A stretch of 32,000 nt of DNA, taken from NCBI RefSeq assembly GCF_000757865.1, contig NZ_CP007754.1, positions 330,001 to 362,000 of the forward strand, given 5' to 3'. The number at the start of each line of letters is the position of its first letter. Position 1 is the stretch's first letter. This stretch comes from Prochlorococcus sp. MIT 0801 (GTDB lineage Bacteria > Cyanobacteriota > Cyanobacteriia > PCC-6307 > Cyanobiaceae). The translations under genes and the position numbers were made by a program. Shown here one piece after another: positions 1 through 10,646 of the stretch. The notes under the pieces are model-generated. The model ran no database searches and was not told where the DNA came from. It was given only the letters and a program-made list of their open reading frames with translations.

Positions 1-1420
1 GATCTTTAGAATCAAGGATTATTAAATCAGTTCCAGATCTAATACTATTCCAAACCAATGCAACAACCCATCCATCGTCTTCTTCAGATTTTGATTCTTG
101 AGATGGAATAAATATAGGTTCACTTACAAAACCTCTTGGAGCCGCACTCCAACTTATCTCTTTATTATTAGATAAATCGATTTTTTTTATGGCTTGAAGT
201 GGCCCATTCCCCTCTTTTTCTTCTGCAGTTGCCATCCAACTAAAGCGGGCCTTTAATCCTTCAAAATGAGGATTAACCATTGCAAATTCACAACATTGAT
301 TGCTTATTGTTGAGCAGGTAAATGTATTTTCTATGGGATTGATTTCACTTCTTTTCAAAATTCCTTCTGGTAAAAGATCAAAATCAATTTCTCTAAAATT
401 ATCTTCGGGTCCAATGCTCGGAAAATCATCATAAAAAATACTTTCAATATTGATTTTTTCATTATCTTCCCATGCATTTAGATGATGAAAAACAAAACCC
501 TTTGGAGCATCAACTGATTTTGGAGGTTGACCAGCAAACTTGCCAGAGTCCCTTGGAATTAATAAAAATTTTGGAGTTCCATCACTTTTAGAGGCTAAAC
601 ATTGTGCGGCTCCTTTTTGTCCAAGAAGAAAAGGGAGAGGATTAAAACTAATAGCATTTTGCAGAAATATTGCCCAGTTTGGAGTTATGGCAAAATCATG
701 CAAGAAGGCAAATCCATTAAAAGAATCTTTTCTATCACTTAAAAGAGAACCAATATTTTCTCCCTCTGTGGAAAATTCCATCAATCTTATTGTGCTTTTA
801 GGACCTGTGGATACCCCAAAAGTGACCATTCTTTGACTTTGATGATGGCCAGGGTCAAATCGTGGATGAGCACTAAATGCTTCACCTTTTTTTAAAACTC
901 CTTTTAAATTTGATAAACCTTTGGTCTCAAGGGTATTTGGATTAAGTGAATATGGACTAGATGCTTCCCATAAAGCTAGTAGATCATCTCCAAGTTTTAT
1001 GACGTGTGTATTGGCAATATTTTTTAGCCTTATATCAAAAGCATTAGCTAACACTCCTCCTTCTTTTTGAGTTCCAAATACACCTCTATATAGAAATTTT
1101 TGGGATTTTTCTTCTTCTGTCCATTCCTTTGTGCGAACAAAACGATTCGTCAGGTTTATTTTTCCATTGTCAAATTTGAAGGCAGCAATCATGCCATCTC
1201 CATCAAATGGATGATGGACCCATCTTCCCCCTCTTTCTAATCTACCTGGGCCGTTTCGATAAAAGGTACCAGAAATTTTTTCAGGAATAGATCCTTTTAC
1301 AAGCTTGAGTTGAACGTTATCTAATTCTTTTTCAACATTGCAATATGCACTGGACCAATCTTCTTTGTTGAAGATTGTTTGCTTTGGTGATGTTTCTCTT
1401 TTTAAATAACTAACTGCCAT
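1..1420 (-). CDS. Carotenoid cleavage dioxygenase (RPE65/apocarotenoid oxygenase family); C-terminal end lies beyond the window edge
   Basis: Manual translation of the minus strand from the ATG at 1420-1418 gives MAVSYLKRETSPKQTIFNKEDW...GTFYRNGPGRLERGGRWVHHPFDGDGMIAAFKF... and later FLHDFAITPNWAIFLQN. FDGDGM and HDFAIT are hallmark carotenoid oxygenase motifs. I did not hand-check the whole frame down to position 1. The ORF is missing from the supplied track, presumably because it has no stop inside the window. Confidence 0.85.
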   Translation of the reverse strand, partial: MAVSYLKRETSPKQTIFNKEDWSSAYCNVEKELDNVQLKLVKGSIPEKISGTFYRNGPGRLERGGRWVHHPFDGDGMIAAFKFDNGKINLTNRFVRTKEWTEEEKSQKFLYRGVFGTQKEGGVLANAFDIRLKNIANTHVIKLGDDLLALWEASSPYSLNPNTLETKGLSNLKGVLKKGEAFSAHPRFDPGHHQSQRMVTFGVSTGPKSTIRLMEFSTEGENIGSLLSDRKDSFNGFAFLHDFAITPNWAIFLQNAISFNPLPFLLGQKGAAQCLASKSDGTPKFLLIPRDSGKFAGQPPKSVDAPKGFVFHHLNAWEDNEKINIESIFYDDFPSIGPEDNFREIDFDLLPEGILKRSEINPIENTFTCSTISNQCCEFAMVNPHFEGLKARFSWMATAEEKEGNGPLQAIKKIDLSNNKEISWSAAPRGFVSEPIFIPSQESKSEEDDGWVVALVWNSIRSGTDLIILDSKD

Positions 1421-1508
1421 TATTTTTCTTGAATTGAAACTTGATTTTCGCTTAAAAGTCTGACTTTTGCGAGTTCAAGCTCAAATGATTTATTTAAATA
1501 TGGAGTTT

Positions 1509-2120
1509 TTATTGACCAGCCTGTTCAAGAACTCCTTTACTGCTTGGAATTTGACTTGATCTTCTAGGGTCAATTTCAGTAGCCATCCTAAGGGCTCTTG
1601 CAAACGATTTGAAAGTAGCCTCAATTATGTGGTGAGTATTATTTCCTGCCAGTTGTCTGATGTGGAGAGTTAAACCACCATTACTCACAACAGCACCAAA
1701 AAATTCTTTAACTAACTCCGTATCATAAGTGCCCACTTTTTGAGAAGGAATATCTAAACTAAAACTTAAATGTGGTCGACCGGAGCAATCAACCACAACC
1801 TGAATAAGAGCTTCATCAAGCGGAGCTAAAAAATGACCAAAACGTTTGATTCCAACTCGATCACCTAATGCTTTTGACAAAGCTTGTCCAATAGCAATTC
1901 CAACATCCTCATTGGTGTGATGATCGTCTATGTGAGTATCTCCATTTGCTCTTACTTCAATATCAAATAATCCATGACTAGATAATTGTTGGATCATATG
2001 GTCTAGAAAACCAATCCCCGTATTTGCACTGCATTTTCCAGAACCATCAAGATCAATTTTCACAAAAACGTCAGTTTCTTTAGTTTCCCGTCTAATCTCT
2101 CCTTCTCTAGTTTTTTCCAT
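1509..2120 (-). CDS. hisB: Imidazoleglycerol-phosphate dehydratase
   Basis: 203 aa. RETKETDV...[22 protein letters not shown] and HHIIEA are the conserved metal-binding histidine motifs of HisB. Confidence 0.93.
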   Translation of the reverse strand: MEKTREGEIRRETKETDVFVKIDLDGSGKCSANTGIGFLDHMIQQLSSHGLFDIEVRANGDTHIDDHHTNEDVGIAIGQALSKALGDRVGIKRFGHFLAPLDEALIQVVVDCSGRPHLSFSLDIPSQKVGTYDTELVKEFFGAVVSNGGLTLHIRQLAGNNTHHIIEATFKSFARALRMATEIDPRRSSQIPSSKGVLEQAGQ

Positions 2121-2151
2121 ATTTAATTGGCAATTTTAAGTTGGCTTGAAA

Positions 2152-2934
2152 TTACATTCCATTGATGCAATAACCTGCATCAACATAAACAGTTTGTCCT
2201 GATATACCACTTGAAAGATCGCTAAGCAAGAAAGCTGCGGTATTGCCTACCTCTATTTGAGTAACGGTTCTCCTAAGGGGAGCTTTTTCTTCGACGTTAT
2301 GAATCATGTCCAGAATTCCTCCAATCGCTGAGCTAGCGAGAGTTCTTATTGGTCCAGCACTGATAGCATTAACTCGAACCTGATTCTCAGGACCAAGTTC
2401 TTCCGAAAGATATCTAACGGATGCCTCCAAAGCTGCTTTAGCAACCCCCATTACGTTGTAATTGGGAATTGCTCTTTCTGCTCCTAAATAAGTCAAGGTG
2501 ACTACGCCAGCGCCTTTACTGAAAAGAGGTTTTGCATATTTACATAGTGGGGCTAGTGAGTAAGCGCTGATTTCTAGGGCTCTTGAGAATCCCTCTGAAG
2601 AAGTTGCACTGTAATTGCCTACTAATTCTTCCTTCCCTGCAAAGGCTAGACAGTGAACTAATCCATCAAGCTGACCCCATTGATTTTTAATGGCTTCAAA
2701 AACTTCTTCAATTTGAGAAGAATTTTGAACATTAAGTGGTAAGAACAAGCTTGGATTTAAAGGAGAAGTAAGTTCTTTTACTTTCGCTTCAAATCTACCT
2801 TTTTCATCGGGCAAGTATGTAATTCCTAATTCAGCTCCAGCTGCTTTTAACTGTTGTGCAATGCCCCAGGCAATTGATCTATTGTTTGCTATTCCTGTAA
2901 CAAGGATTTTTTTGCCACTAAGATCGAGAAGCAT
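2152..2934 (-). CDS. fabI: Enoyl-[acyl-carrier-protein] reductase (NADH)
   Basis: 260 aa. N-terminal GKKILVTGIANNRSIAWGIA, YxxxxxxK region (SYSLAPLCKYAKP...MGVAKAALE) and NAISAGPIRTLA are typical of FabI. Confidence 0.92.
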   Translation of the reverse strand: MLLDLSGKKILVTGIANNRSIAWGIAQQLKAAGAELGITYLPDEKGRFEAKVKELTSPLNPSLFLPLNVQNSSQIEEVFEAIKNQWGQLDGLVHCLAFAGKEELVGNYSATSSEGFSRALEISAYSLAPLCKYAKPLFSKGAGVVTLTYLGAERAIPNYNVMGVAKAALEASVRYLSEELGPENQVRVNAISAGPIRTLASSAIGGILDMIHNVEEKAPLRRTVTQIEVGNTAAFLLSDLSSGISGQTVYVDAGYCINGM

Positions 2935-3054
2935 CTTTCGGACTCATTTGGTTAGTATTTCTAATTGTCCCTTATTTAGGGCTAAGACTCATAGTTAAAT
3001 GAAAATATAGTTAAAAGTTCTGTAATCCATTAACCCCAAAAAACTATAAGAATC

Positions 3055-3675
3055 ATGGTTCGAACAGCCTCAACAATGCTTCCATTAGGAACTCAATTAC
3101 CTGATTTTGAGTTAGGTGTGGTTTCAGGCGTGAACTCTGCTCCAGATGATCCTTTAAAAGGCCTTAGTCATATTAGAAGTGTTGACCTAACAAAAAGACC
3201 ATTGTTTTTGATGGTTATATGTGCTCATTGTCCATTTGTTAAACATGTAGAAAGTGGAATCACAAACCTATTCAATTCTTTTGGTAATGATATTCAATTT
3301 TTGGCTATTTCTAGCAATAGCTTGATAACCCATCCTCAAGATGCACCAGAATTCTTAGCCTCTCAAGCTAATAAACTGGGATGGAAGTTCCCATACCTAT
3401 TTGATTCTGATCAAAAATTAGCAAAAGCGCTTAGAGCCGCATGTACTCCCGATTTTTATGTTTTTTGGCCTTCTCCAGATGGAAACTTAACATTGAGATA
3501 TAGGGGACAAATGGACGGAAGTCGCCCTGGCAATGAAATTCCTGTATCTGGTGATGATATTCGTCTAGTATTCAAATCCTTATTAAAGGGAGAAGTTATT
3601 TCAGCTAATCAAAAACCTTCTATTGGTTGCAACATAAAATGGCATCCAGGTATGGAGCCTGAGTGGTTTGGATGA
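3055..3675 (+). CDS. Thioredoxin-fold thiol-disulfide oxidoreductase (AhpC/TSA-redoxin-like)
   Basis: 206 aa. LPDFEL at the N-terminus, a CxxC centre (CAHCPFV) and a length typical of cyanobacterial redoxin-family proteins. Confidence 0.7.
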   Translation: MVRTASTMLPLGTQLPDFELGVVSGVNSAPDDPLKGLSHIRSVDLTKRPLFLMVICAHCPFVKHVESGITNLFNSFGNDIQFLAISSNSLITHPQDAPEFLASQANKLGWKFPYLFDSDQKLAKALRAACTPDFYVFWPSPDGNLTLRYRGQMDGSRPGNEIPVSGDDIRLVFKSLLKGEVISANQKPSIGCNIKWHPGMEPEWFG

Positions 3676-3726
3676 ATTAATGAGAGTCTTTTAATTGTTC
3701 ATCGTTGCCACTTAATTTAAATAGTT

Positions 3727-4896
3727 ATGCAAATACCTCCTTTTAGTCTTGAAGCTCAAATTTCTGAAATTGGAGACGAGATTGAAGAAGCTTTAATTAA
3801 GGTTTTCAGAAGCGGAAAATATATTGGAGGAGAGGAAGTAGCTTCGTTCGAAAAAGCTTTTGCCTTAGCAACAGAAACTTCTTACTCAGTTAGTTGTAAT
3901 AGTGGAACAGATGCATTAATTCTTGCTTTAAGAGCACTAAATATTGGACAAGGTGATGAGGTGATCACCTCATCATTTAGTTTTTTTGCTACTGCAGAAG
4001 CAATCACCAGTGTTGGAGCTAGGCCGGTTTTTGTAGATATTGATTCTAAAAACTATCTTATGGATCTGGATTTAATAGAAAATGCAATAACTCCCAGAAC
4101 AAAAGCTATTTTGCCTGTGCATTTGTTTGGTCATCCACTAGATATGGATAAAATAATGGCAATTGCTGAATCCAATAATCTTAAGGTTGTAGAAGATTGT
4201 GCTCAAGCAGCTGGGGCGTATTGGCGAGGTAAACCTGTTGGAAGTTATGGGGATATAGGTTGTTTTAGTTTTTTCCCTACTAAAAACTTAGGTGCAGCAG
4301 GAGATGGAGGAGCTATAACTACTAATGATTTTGATCTAGCAAAAACAATTAGGGAACTAGCTATTCATGGGATGCCAAAGAGATATTTTCATACAAATAT
4401 TGGATATAATAGTCGACTTGATTCATTACAAGCTGCAATATTAAATGTTAAGTTAATCCGATTAAATAAATGGATTGAGCAAAGAAAAGAAATAGCTATT
4501 AATTACATAAATCAGTTATCAGCTATAGATTCAATTGAATTACCATCTAATACTTTTGTTAATAATTCTGGTCATTCTTGGAATCAATTTGTAATCAGAA
4601 TAATGGACAATTCTTTTATTAAAAATATAAAATATAACTCAGATGATGTTTTTGATAATCTAAATAGAGATCTATTTAAAACTGAACTTCATAGGCTTGG
4701 TGTAAATACAATAATTTATTACCCAATACCCATACATCTTCAACCTGCATATAAAAATTTAGAGTATAAAGAAGGATCTCTTCCTGTTACTGAAAAAGTA
4801 TGTAGTCAGGTTATTAGTTTACCTATTTTCCCAGAGTTAAAATCTATTCAGCAATCATATGTCATTGATAAAATAAAAGAACTATTTAAAAAATAA
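3727..4896 (+). CDS. DegT/DnrJ/EryC1/StrS-family PLP-dependent sugar aminotransferase
   Basis: 389 aa. GxYIGGEEVxxFEKxF, NSGTDAL, VHLFG and FSFFPTKNLGAAGDGGAITT (PLP-lysine region) are characteristic of the family. Confidence 0.85.
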   Translation: MQIPPFSLEAQISEIGDEIEEALIKVFRSGKYIGGEEVASFEKAFALATETSYSVSCNSGTDALILALRALNIGQGDEVITSSFSFFATAEAITSVGARPVFVDIDSKNYLMDLDLIENAITPRTKAILPVHLFGHPLDMDKIMAIAESNNLKVVEDCAQAAGAYWRGKPVGSYGDIGCFSFFPTKNLGAAGDGGAITTNDFDLAKTIRELAIHGMPKRYFHTNIGYNSRLDSLQAAILNVKLIRLNKWIEQRKEIAINYINQLSAIDSIELPSNTFVNNSGHSWNQFVIRIMDNSFIKNIKYNSDDVFDNLNRDLFKTELHRLGVNTIIYYPIPIHLQPAYKNLEYKEGSLPVTEKVCSQVISLPIFPELKSIQQSYVIDKIKELFKK

Positions 4897-4897
4897 G

Positions 4898-6379
4898 CTA
4901 TTTAATATTCGAATATAATTCTTTGAAGATTGATGTTTGATTTTTGTGGCTTATTATTGGTTTTGGATAGCTATTTCTCTCCGCAGAACTTATTTCACCT
5001 GAAAGTAAATTAGGCGTTGAAATATGTGATAGCTCAGGAATCCATTTTCGGATATATTCACCATCTTCGTCAAATTTAGAAGCTTGTCTAAAAGGATTAA
5101 ATATTCTCATGGGTTTTGGATCCATCCCACTGCTAGCACTCCATTGCCAACCCCCGTTGTTTGCTGCCAAGTCACCATCAACTAAGCTTTTCATGAAGAA
5201 AAGTTCTCCCAATCTCCAATCAATTAAAAGGTCTTTTACTAGAAAAGAGGCAACAATCATTCTGCAACGATTATGCATCCATCCAGAACACTTAAGTTGT
5301 CTCATTGCAGCATCAATTATTGGGATACCAGTCAATCCATCTCCCCATGCTTCAAACCAATCAGGTCTATTTTGCCATGAAAAATCTAACCATTTCTCCC
5401 TGTATGGACCTTTCTCAAGCTCTGGAAAATTAATGAGAGCATTTTGATAAAACTCTCTCCAAGCAAGTTCCTTTATCCATGTATCAATAGAATTTATTTT
5501 ATATTCATCATCCGTCGCGTTTTTTGATACTTGAGCCCCATTCCATACTACTCTGCAACTTATGGTACCTAAACTTAAAGCAGCACTTAGATGAGAAGTA
5601 TTCTCTAAAGATGGAATATCTCTTGCTTTATTGTATGAATTTATAACTCCTGAATGTATAAAAGAGTTTAATTGTTTTATTGATTCTGATTCTCCCGGCT
5701 TGCAAGGACATAGATTTGTATTGTTGAATCTATTTAAAGAAAGTAATTCATAAATAGATTTGCTTTTGTTTGTAATACAGTAGTTTAAATCAGAGTTTTT
5801 AATTGATGATAATTCTCTTTCATTAAGACCTGTAAGTTGTTTAGCTGTTTCTGAGGTTTGTATTAAATTATTCTCTGATGATTTGGTTGTATTGATTATA
5901 TCAATCCATTTGCGATAAAAAGGTCCATATACCTTGTATGGTTCATCATTGTTTGTTTTGATATTACTTGGGTTAACAATTAATTGATCTAAAAATGTAT
6001 AAACTTTCCTTTTTTCTTTTGAAAGTTTTTCTGCAATTTGTTTGTCTCTATTGATTTCATAAGGTTCAATATTTTCGTTCCAGTAAATACATTCAGCATG
6101 AACTAACTCAGCTAATTTAGATATTAATTCAATAGGATCTCCATTTAATATTAATAAACGACTTCCTCTAATCTCCCAATTCTTTTGTAGTTCTATAAGA
6201 CTTTCACCTAAAAACCAGTTTTTTGCTTCAGATGTAGTTCTATTTAGATCTAAGAGTTTGGGATCTAAAACATATACTCCGATAAGGCTTTTTGAATTTT
6301 TTGATGCTTCGAATAGGCCGATATTATCTCCAAATCTTAAATCTCTCCTATGCCAAAATATTGATTGAAATTTTGTCAT
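4898..6379 (-). CDS. phrB: Deoxyribodipyrimidine (CPD) photolyase, class I
   Basis: IFWHRRDLRFGDN at the N-terminus; WREFY, GWMHNRCRMIVASFL and DGDLAANNGGWQW in the FAD-binding domain. The ORF stays open upstream to ATGs at 6412 and 6400. I prefer the ATG at 6379-6377 because it forms an ATGA overlap with the NUDIX stop and gives a canonical short N-terminus (MTKFQSIFWHRRDLR). Confidence 0.9.
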   Translation of the reverse strand: MTKFQSIFWHRRDLRFGDNIGLFEASKNSKSLIGVYVLDPKLLDLNRTTSEAKNWFLGESLIELQKNWEIRGSRLLILNGDPIELISKLAELVHAECIYWNENIEPYEINRDKQIAEKLSKEKRKVYTFLDQLIVNPSNIKTNNDEPYKVYGPFYRKWIDIINTTKSSENNLIQTSETAKQLTGLNERELSSIKNSDLNYCITNKSKSIYELLSLNRFNNTNLCPCKPGESESIKQLNSFIHSGVINSYNKARDIPSLENTSHLSAALSLGTISCRVVWNGAQVSKNATDDEYKINSIDTWIKELAWREFYQNALINFPELEKGPYREKWLDFSWQNRPDWFEAWGDGLTGIPIIDAAMRQLKCSGWMHNRCRMIVASFLVKDLLIDWRLGELFFMKSLVDGDLAANNGGWQWSASSGMDPKPMRIFNPFRQASKFDEDGEYIRKWIPELSHISTPNLLSGEISSAERNSYPKPIISHKNQTSIFKELYSNIK

Positions 6380-6936
6380 CTCATATTCAAGAGTTGGCAT
6401 GCTCTGAACCATGCTGTAATAGTTTTCCCATCAAGTGACTCTTCCCCACTTGCAATGATTTCATTTAATTTTCTTGGGGAAATTTTTAATACTTCAATAT
6501 CTTCATCTGCATCGCCCTCAGGTTTTTTTTCAAGTTTTGTTAGATCCCTTGCAAGAAAAATATGAATTGTTTCGTCAGAATATCCTGGGCAAGGAAGCAT
6601 TTCTCCTAGTTTGTCCCATCTTTTTGCAGAGTAACCACTTTCTTCTTGAACTTCTCTTTTGATTGATTCAAGAGGGCTTTCGCCTAATTCTAATGTTCCA
6701 GCAGGAAACTCAAGAATTCTTCTCGAGCAAGCAAATCTGTATTGACGAAGAATAACGACTTCTCCAGAATCTGTTATTGGTACGGCTAATGCAGCCCCAG
6801 GATGACGAATGATCCCAAATTCGCCCTCCATTGAATTAGGTAAAAGAAATTTATTAATTTCAAAACGAATTTTTTTTGCATCAAGACAATCTTTTGTCTC
6901 AATAATTTTTGAGGGTTCAGGTCCTGGAATTGACAT
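6376..6936 (-). CDS. NUDIX hydrolase (ADP-ribose pyrophosphatase-like)
   Basis: 186 aa. Nudix box GTLELGESPLESIKREVQEESGY preceded by VVILRQYR, as in the NudF/ADPRase subgroup. Confidence 0.8.
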   Translation of the reverse strand: MSIPGPEPSKIIETKDCLDAKKIRFEINKFLLPNSMEGEFGIIRHPGAALAVPITDSGEVVILRQYRFACSRRILEFPAGTLELGESPLESIKREVQEESGYSAKRWDKLGEMLPCPGYSDETIHIFLARDLTKLEKKPEGDADEDIEVLKISPRKLNEIIASGEESLDGKTITAWFRACQLLNMR

Positions 6937-7004
6937 GCTTTTTTTTCTATCCTTATAGGATGGCTGATTTTTTTAGAAAAGGTTGGTGATTTTTGTTACG
7001 AGTT

Positions 7005-7586
7005 TTATTCAGGCCAAATATTTTGAGAACTGATTCGTTTCGTTTTACCTTGGGTTTTTGATAAAACTTCTGCAAGGGGAATTAAAACAAAGTTTCTTTC
7101 ACTAAATCTTGGATGAGGCAAAATCAAAGTGTCAGTATTTATTTGTAGTCCGCCCCAAGAAATGAAGTCAATATCCAAAGATCTTGGCCCCCAAATAATC
7201 TCTATATTTTCTCTTTCCCTTCCTGCAATTTTTTCTAATTCTAAAAATTTTTTCATCAAACATTTAGCTGCTTTTTCATTTGGGGTGACTGAGGCAAAAC
7301 CCTCTCCCTCCACAACAAGTACGGTATTAATGAATTTTGGTTGGTCAATTGGCCCCCCTAAAGGATCAGTCTCAAATAGAGGAGCCCATTGAAAAGATAA
7401 AGACTTATCAAAATTTTGAGAGTCTATTTTTGGATGATTTAAAGCAATATTCCACTCGATTATGCTTTTTTCTATATGCGGCCTCATGGCAGCGATTGTT
7501 CTTATGGGATCTCCTAGAATGCCAGGGATATTTGCGCCTATTGAGATGACGAGTTTCAATTCTGGTTTTTGTTTTGCATAAGTCAT
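7005..7586 (-). CDS. folK: 2-amino-4-hydroxy-6-hydroxymethyldihydropteridine pyrophosphokinase (HPPK)
   Basis: 193 aa. ISIGANI..., FINTVLVVE, WGPRSLDIDFI and LILPHPRFSERNFVLIPLAEV match the HPPK signature. Confidence 0.85.
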   Translation of the reverse strand: MTYAKQKPELKLVISIGANIPGILGDPIRTIAAMRPHIEKSIIEWNIALNHPKIDSQNFDKSLSFQWAPLFETDPLGGPIDQPKFINTVLVVEGEGFASVTPNEKAAKCLMKKFLELEKIAGRERENIEIIWGPRSLDIDFISWGGLQINTDTLILPHPRFSERNFVLIPLAEVLSKTQGKTKRISSQNIWPE

Positions 7587-7632
7587 GCGAATATTAAAAG
7601 ACTTTTAAAAATTTGCTTGTTGATCCAACCCT

Positions 7633-9786
7633 ATGGTTTCCAGTGGATTGAACAATAACAATATGTCTTCGACTTCAAAAGACATTGCTGTAAAGGATAG
7701 AGCCAATCTTGCTTTCCCTTTGGCTGCAATTACAGGCCATGGAACTTTAAAGCTTGCTTTAATGCTCGCCGCAGTTGATCCTGGTTTGGGAGGAGTAATA
7801 ATTGCGGGTGGTCGCGGGACTGGGAAATCTGTTTTAGCTAGAGGCTTACATGCCCTTCTCCCGCCGATTGAAATAATTGATTTAGACGAATTAGCCAATA
7901 CTGAGGATGGAGATGATTCATTTATTTATCCGGCAGGTAGAAATTTAGATCCTTCTTTTTCAGGCGAATGGGATGATTTAACTAAAAAACTTTTCACAAA
8001 AAAGATAGGGAGTTATGAAAATACTGATGACTTAGAAAATATCCCTACAAAAGTTGTTTCTGCGCCCTTTATTCAGGTTCCTTTAGGAGTAACGGAGGAT
8101 AGGCTTGTTGGTGCAGTTGATGTCGCTGCTTCATTATCAAGCGGAACTCCAGTATTTCAGCCAGGCTTACTAGCTGAGGCTCACAGAGGAGTTTTGTACA
8201 TAGACGAATTGAATTTATTGGATGACGGCATTGTCAATCTTCTTTTGGCTTCAGTAGGTGCAGGTGAAAATAGAGTTGAACGAGAAGGATTGAGCCTAAG
8301 TCACCCTTGCCGTCCTCTTTTGATTGCTACTTACAATCCTGAAGAGGGGGGATTAAGGGACCACCTCTTGGACAGATTTGCAATTGTTTTATCTGCAGAT
8401 CAATTAATTACAAACGAACAAAGAGTTGAAATAACTCAATCTGCCATTTCTCATGGTCAATCAAGTGAAGCTTTTTCTAAGAAATGGTCTGAAGACACAG
8501 AATCTCTATCAACACAGTTGCTTTTGGCAAGGCAATGGCTTCCAGATGTTCAAATCAGTGAGGATCAAATTGAATACTTAGTTGTGGAAGCCATACGTGG
8601 AGGTGTAGAAGGACACAGATCAGAGCTTTATGCAGTAAGGGTTGCAAAGGCTCATGCTGCCTTGTGTGGAAGGGATTCAGTGGACGCAGAAGATTTAAAA
8701 GCGGCAGTAAGACTTGTCATCGCTCCCAGGGCTATGCAAATGCCGTCAGAAGAGGAGATGGAGCCTCCGGCCCCTGAAGATCAGCAGCCACCACCACCGC
8801 CTCCTGAAGACTCTGATGACAATAATGATCAAGAGGAAGATCAAGAAGAAGATCAGGAAGAGGAGCAAGATGAAGAGTCATCCCCTCCAATCCCAGAGGA
8901 ATTTATGCTTGATCCAGAAGCATGTGCCGTAGATCCTGATTTGTTGTTGTTTTCATCTACTAAATCAAAGAGTGGAAATAGCGGAAGTCGATCAGCTGTC
9001 TTAAGTGATAACAGAGGTCGATACGTAAAACCAATTATTCCTAGAGGACCTGTTAGAAGGATTGCCGTTGATGCAACCTTAAGAGCTGCAGCTCCTTATC
9101 AGAAAGCAAGAAGGGAAAGAGAACCTAATAGGAAAGTTATTGTTGAGGAAGGCGATCTACGCGCAAAATTACTGCAGCGTAAAGCTGGTGCATTGGTAAT
9201 TTTCTTGGTTGATGCAAGTGGATCAATGGCGCTCAATAGAATGCAAAGTGCAAAGGGAGCTGTTATTCGGTTGCTAACCGAAGCTTATGAAAACAGAGAT
9301 GAAGTTTCTCTTATACCTTTCAGAGGGGATCAAGCAGAAGTTTTACTCCCTCCAACCAGATCAATCACCGCTGCGAAAAGGAGACTTGAGGCAATGCCAT
9401 GTGGCGGTGGCTCTCCACTAGCTCATGGTTTAACTCAGGCTGCAAGAGTTGGAGCAAATGCCTTAGCCACAGGAGATCTCGGACAGGTTGTAGTAGTGGC
9501 AATTACGGATGGGCGTGGAAACGTTCCATTAAGCACTTCACTAGGTCAACCAATTCTTGAGGGAGAGACACCACCCGACTTGAAGCAAGAAGTTCTTGAT
9601 GTCGCTTCGCGTTATCGTGCGCTGGGTATTAAATTGCTTGTAATTGATACAGAAAGAAAGTTTATTGCTAGTGGAATGGGTAAAGACCTGGCTGAAGCAT
9701 CCGGAGGTAAATATGTTCAATTACCTAAGGCAAGTGATAAGGCTATTGCTTCAATTGCAATGGATGCGATTAACAGCGTTACCTGA
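7633..9786 (+). CDS. chlD: Magnesium-protoporphyrin IX chelatase subunit D
   Basis: 717 aa. N-terminal AAA+ module ([26 protein letters not shown]), central Pro-rich/acidic linker ([30 protein letters not shown]) and C-terminal vWA/MIDAS domain (FLVDASGSM). Confidence 0.95.
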   Translation: MVSSGLNNNNMSSTSKDIAVKDRANLAFPLAAITGHGTLKLALMLAAVDPGLGGVIIAGGRGTGKSVLARGLHALLPPIEIIDLDELANTEDGDDSFIYPAGRNLDPSFSGEWDDLTKKLFTKKIGSYENTDDLENIPTKVVSAPFIQVPLGVTEDRLVGAVDVAASLSSGTPVFQPGLLAEAHRGVLYIDELNLLDDGIVNLLLASVGAGENRVEREGLSLSHPCRPLLIATYNPEEGGLRDHLLDRFAIVLSADQLITNEQRVEITQSAISHGQSSEAFSKKWSEDTESLSTQLLLARQWLPDVQISEDQIEYLVVEAIRGGVEGHRSELYAVRVAKAHAALCGRDSVDAEDLKAAVRLVIAPRAMQMPSEEEMEPPAPEDQQPPPPPPEDSDDNNDQEEDQEEDQEEEQDEESSPPIPEEFMLDPEACAVDPDLLLFSSTKSKSGNSGSRSAVLSDNRGRYVKPIIPRGPVRRIAVDATLRAAAPYQKARREREPNRKVIVEEGDLRAKLLQRKAGALVIFLVDASGSMALNRMQSAKGAVIRLLTEAYENRDEVSLIPFRGDQAEVLLPPTRSITAAKRRLEAMPCGGGSPLAHGLTQAARVGANALATGDLGQVVVVAITDGRGNVPLSTSLGQPILEGETPPDLKQEVLDVASRYRALGIKLLVIDTERKFIASGMGKDLAEASGGKYVQLPKASDKAIASIAMDAINSVT

Positions 9787-9796
9787 AACTTGTTTT

Positions 9797-10642
9797 TTAA
9801 GGATATATATCATCAAATAATTTACTTAAACCAATGGTTACCTTTTTTAGAGCATTTATAAGTTCTTTGTCTTCCATAATATTTCCCATATCTGAGCTCA
9901 TTTGATCAATTTTCTTTGTTAGAGAGCTAGATGTTGAGGCAAGTTCCTGAATATCTTTTAAAGTCTCAGGGTTGTCTAGGCTTTCAAGAATATTATTTAA
10001 ATGAAAAGAAGCTTTTGTTAGTTCAGAAATTATAGGCTTTGCTCTTATAAGTTCTGATTTAGATAACAAGACAAGTTCATCAAGATTAGCTTGAGTACGA
10101 TCAAATTGTTGAATAGATTCAGATACTTTATTTACTATTTCTTGTTTGTCGGCTTCACCAATAATTCCATTTATACCCTCTGTCAAGCTTGATATGCTAA
10201 CCATTTTAACACCTTTAATTTTATCTCCACTACATAAGATTATTTTTTGAGGACAATCTTTATTGACTGTAATTAGTTCATTTTTATTTAATGATTTGCC
10301 TAGTGAAATTAAAGATAATTGAGCATCTCCTCCAAGCATAGAACTTGTGACGATTTTGGCAATTACAGGTTTTGGTAGAATTAGATTATCGTTATTTAAT
10401 TTTATTTTAGTTTCAACTGTGTTTGGCGTGAAACTAATATTTTGAACAGATCCAACAATGATTCCCCGATAAGTAACTGGAGACATCTTGGCAAGACCAC
10501 TTGCATCTTTAAAGCTTGCAGATATTTCCCACGTTTTTGAGCCTAAACGAAAATCTCTTAACCAGAGCATTGCTCCTGAAAAGATAACTAACCCACCTAA
10601 TAGTGAAAAGCCAACAAAAGCATCTCGTAAACTTCTTCGCAT
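9797..10642 (-). CDS. MCE/MlaD-domain substrate-binding component of an Mla/TGD-type ABC lipid transporter
   Basis: 281 aa. N-terminal membrane anchor, then an MlaD domain (ASGLAKMSPVTYRGIIVGSVQNISF) and a coiled-coil C-terminus. Sits 4 nt downstream of the MlaF-like ATPase. Confidence 0.75.
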   Translation of the reverse strand: MRRSLRDAFVGFSLLGGLVIFSGAMLWLRDFRLGSKTWEISASFKDASGLAKMSPVTYRGIIVGSVQNISFTPNTVETKIKLNNDNLILPKPVIAKIVTSSMLGGDAQLSLISLGKSLNKNELITVNKDCPQKIILCSGDKIKGVKMVSISSLTEGINGIIGEADKQEIVNKVSESIQQFDRTQANLDELVLLSKSELIRAKPIISELTKASFHLNNILESLDNPETLKDIQELASTSSSLTKKIDQMSSDMGNIMEDKELINALKKVTIGLSKLFDDIYP

Positions 10643-10646
10643 AAAT

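Noticed and set aside
540-836. Short track ORFs lying antisense to, or out of frame within, larger well-supported genes: 540-836, 5109-5447, 6365-6565, 6474-6662, 7129-7392, 7337-7549, 7605-7898, 8714-8932, 11769-12062, 14748-14951, 15047-15400, 15181-15363, 16069-16272, 17483-17692, 21393-21731, 23178-23378, 26064-26291, 30227-30430.
   Set aside because: Each is fully or largely embedded in a longer ORF with clear family motifs on the other strand or in another frame. Their translations are low-complexity with no recognisable motifs, so they are shadow ORFs.
8783-8874. Repetitive DNA inside chlD: a CCA/CCG proline run followed by about three 12-nt units GAT CA(A/G) GA(G/A) GA(A/G), encoding (DQEE)3.
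   Set aside because: This is the expected Pro-rich/acidic interdomain linker of Mg-chelatase subunit D. It is in frame and typical of the family, and is not a mobile or regulatory repeat.
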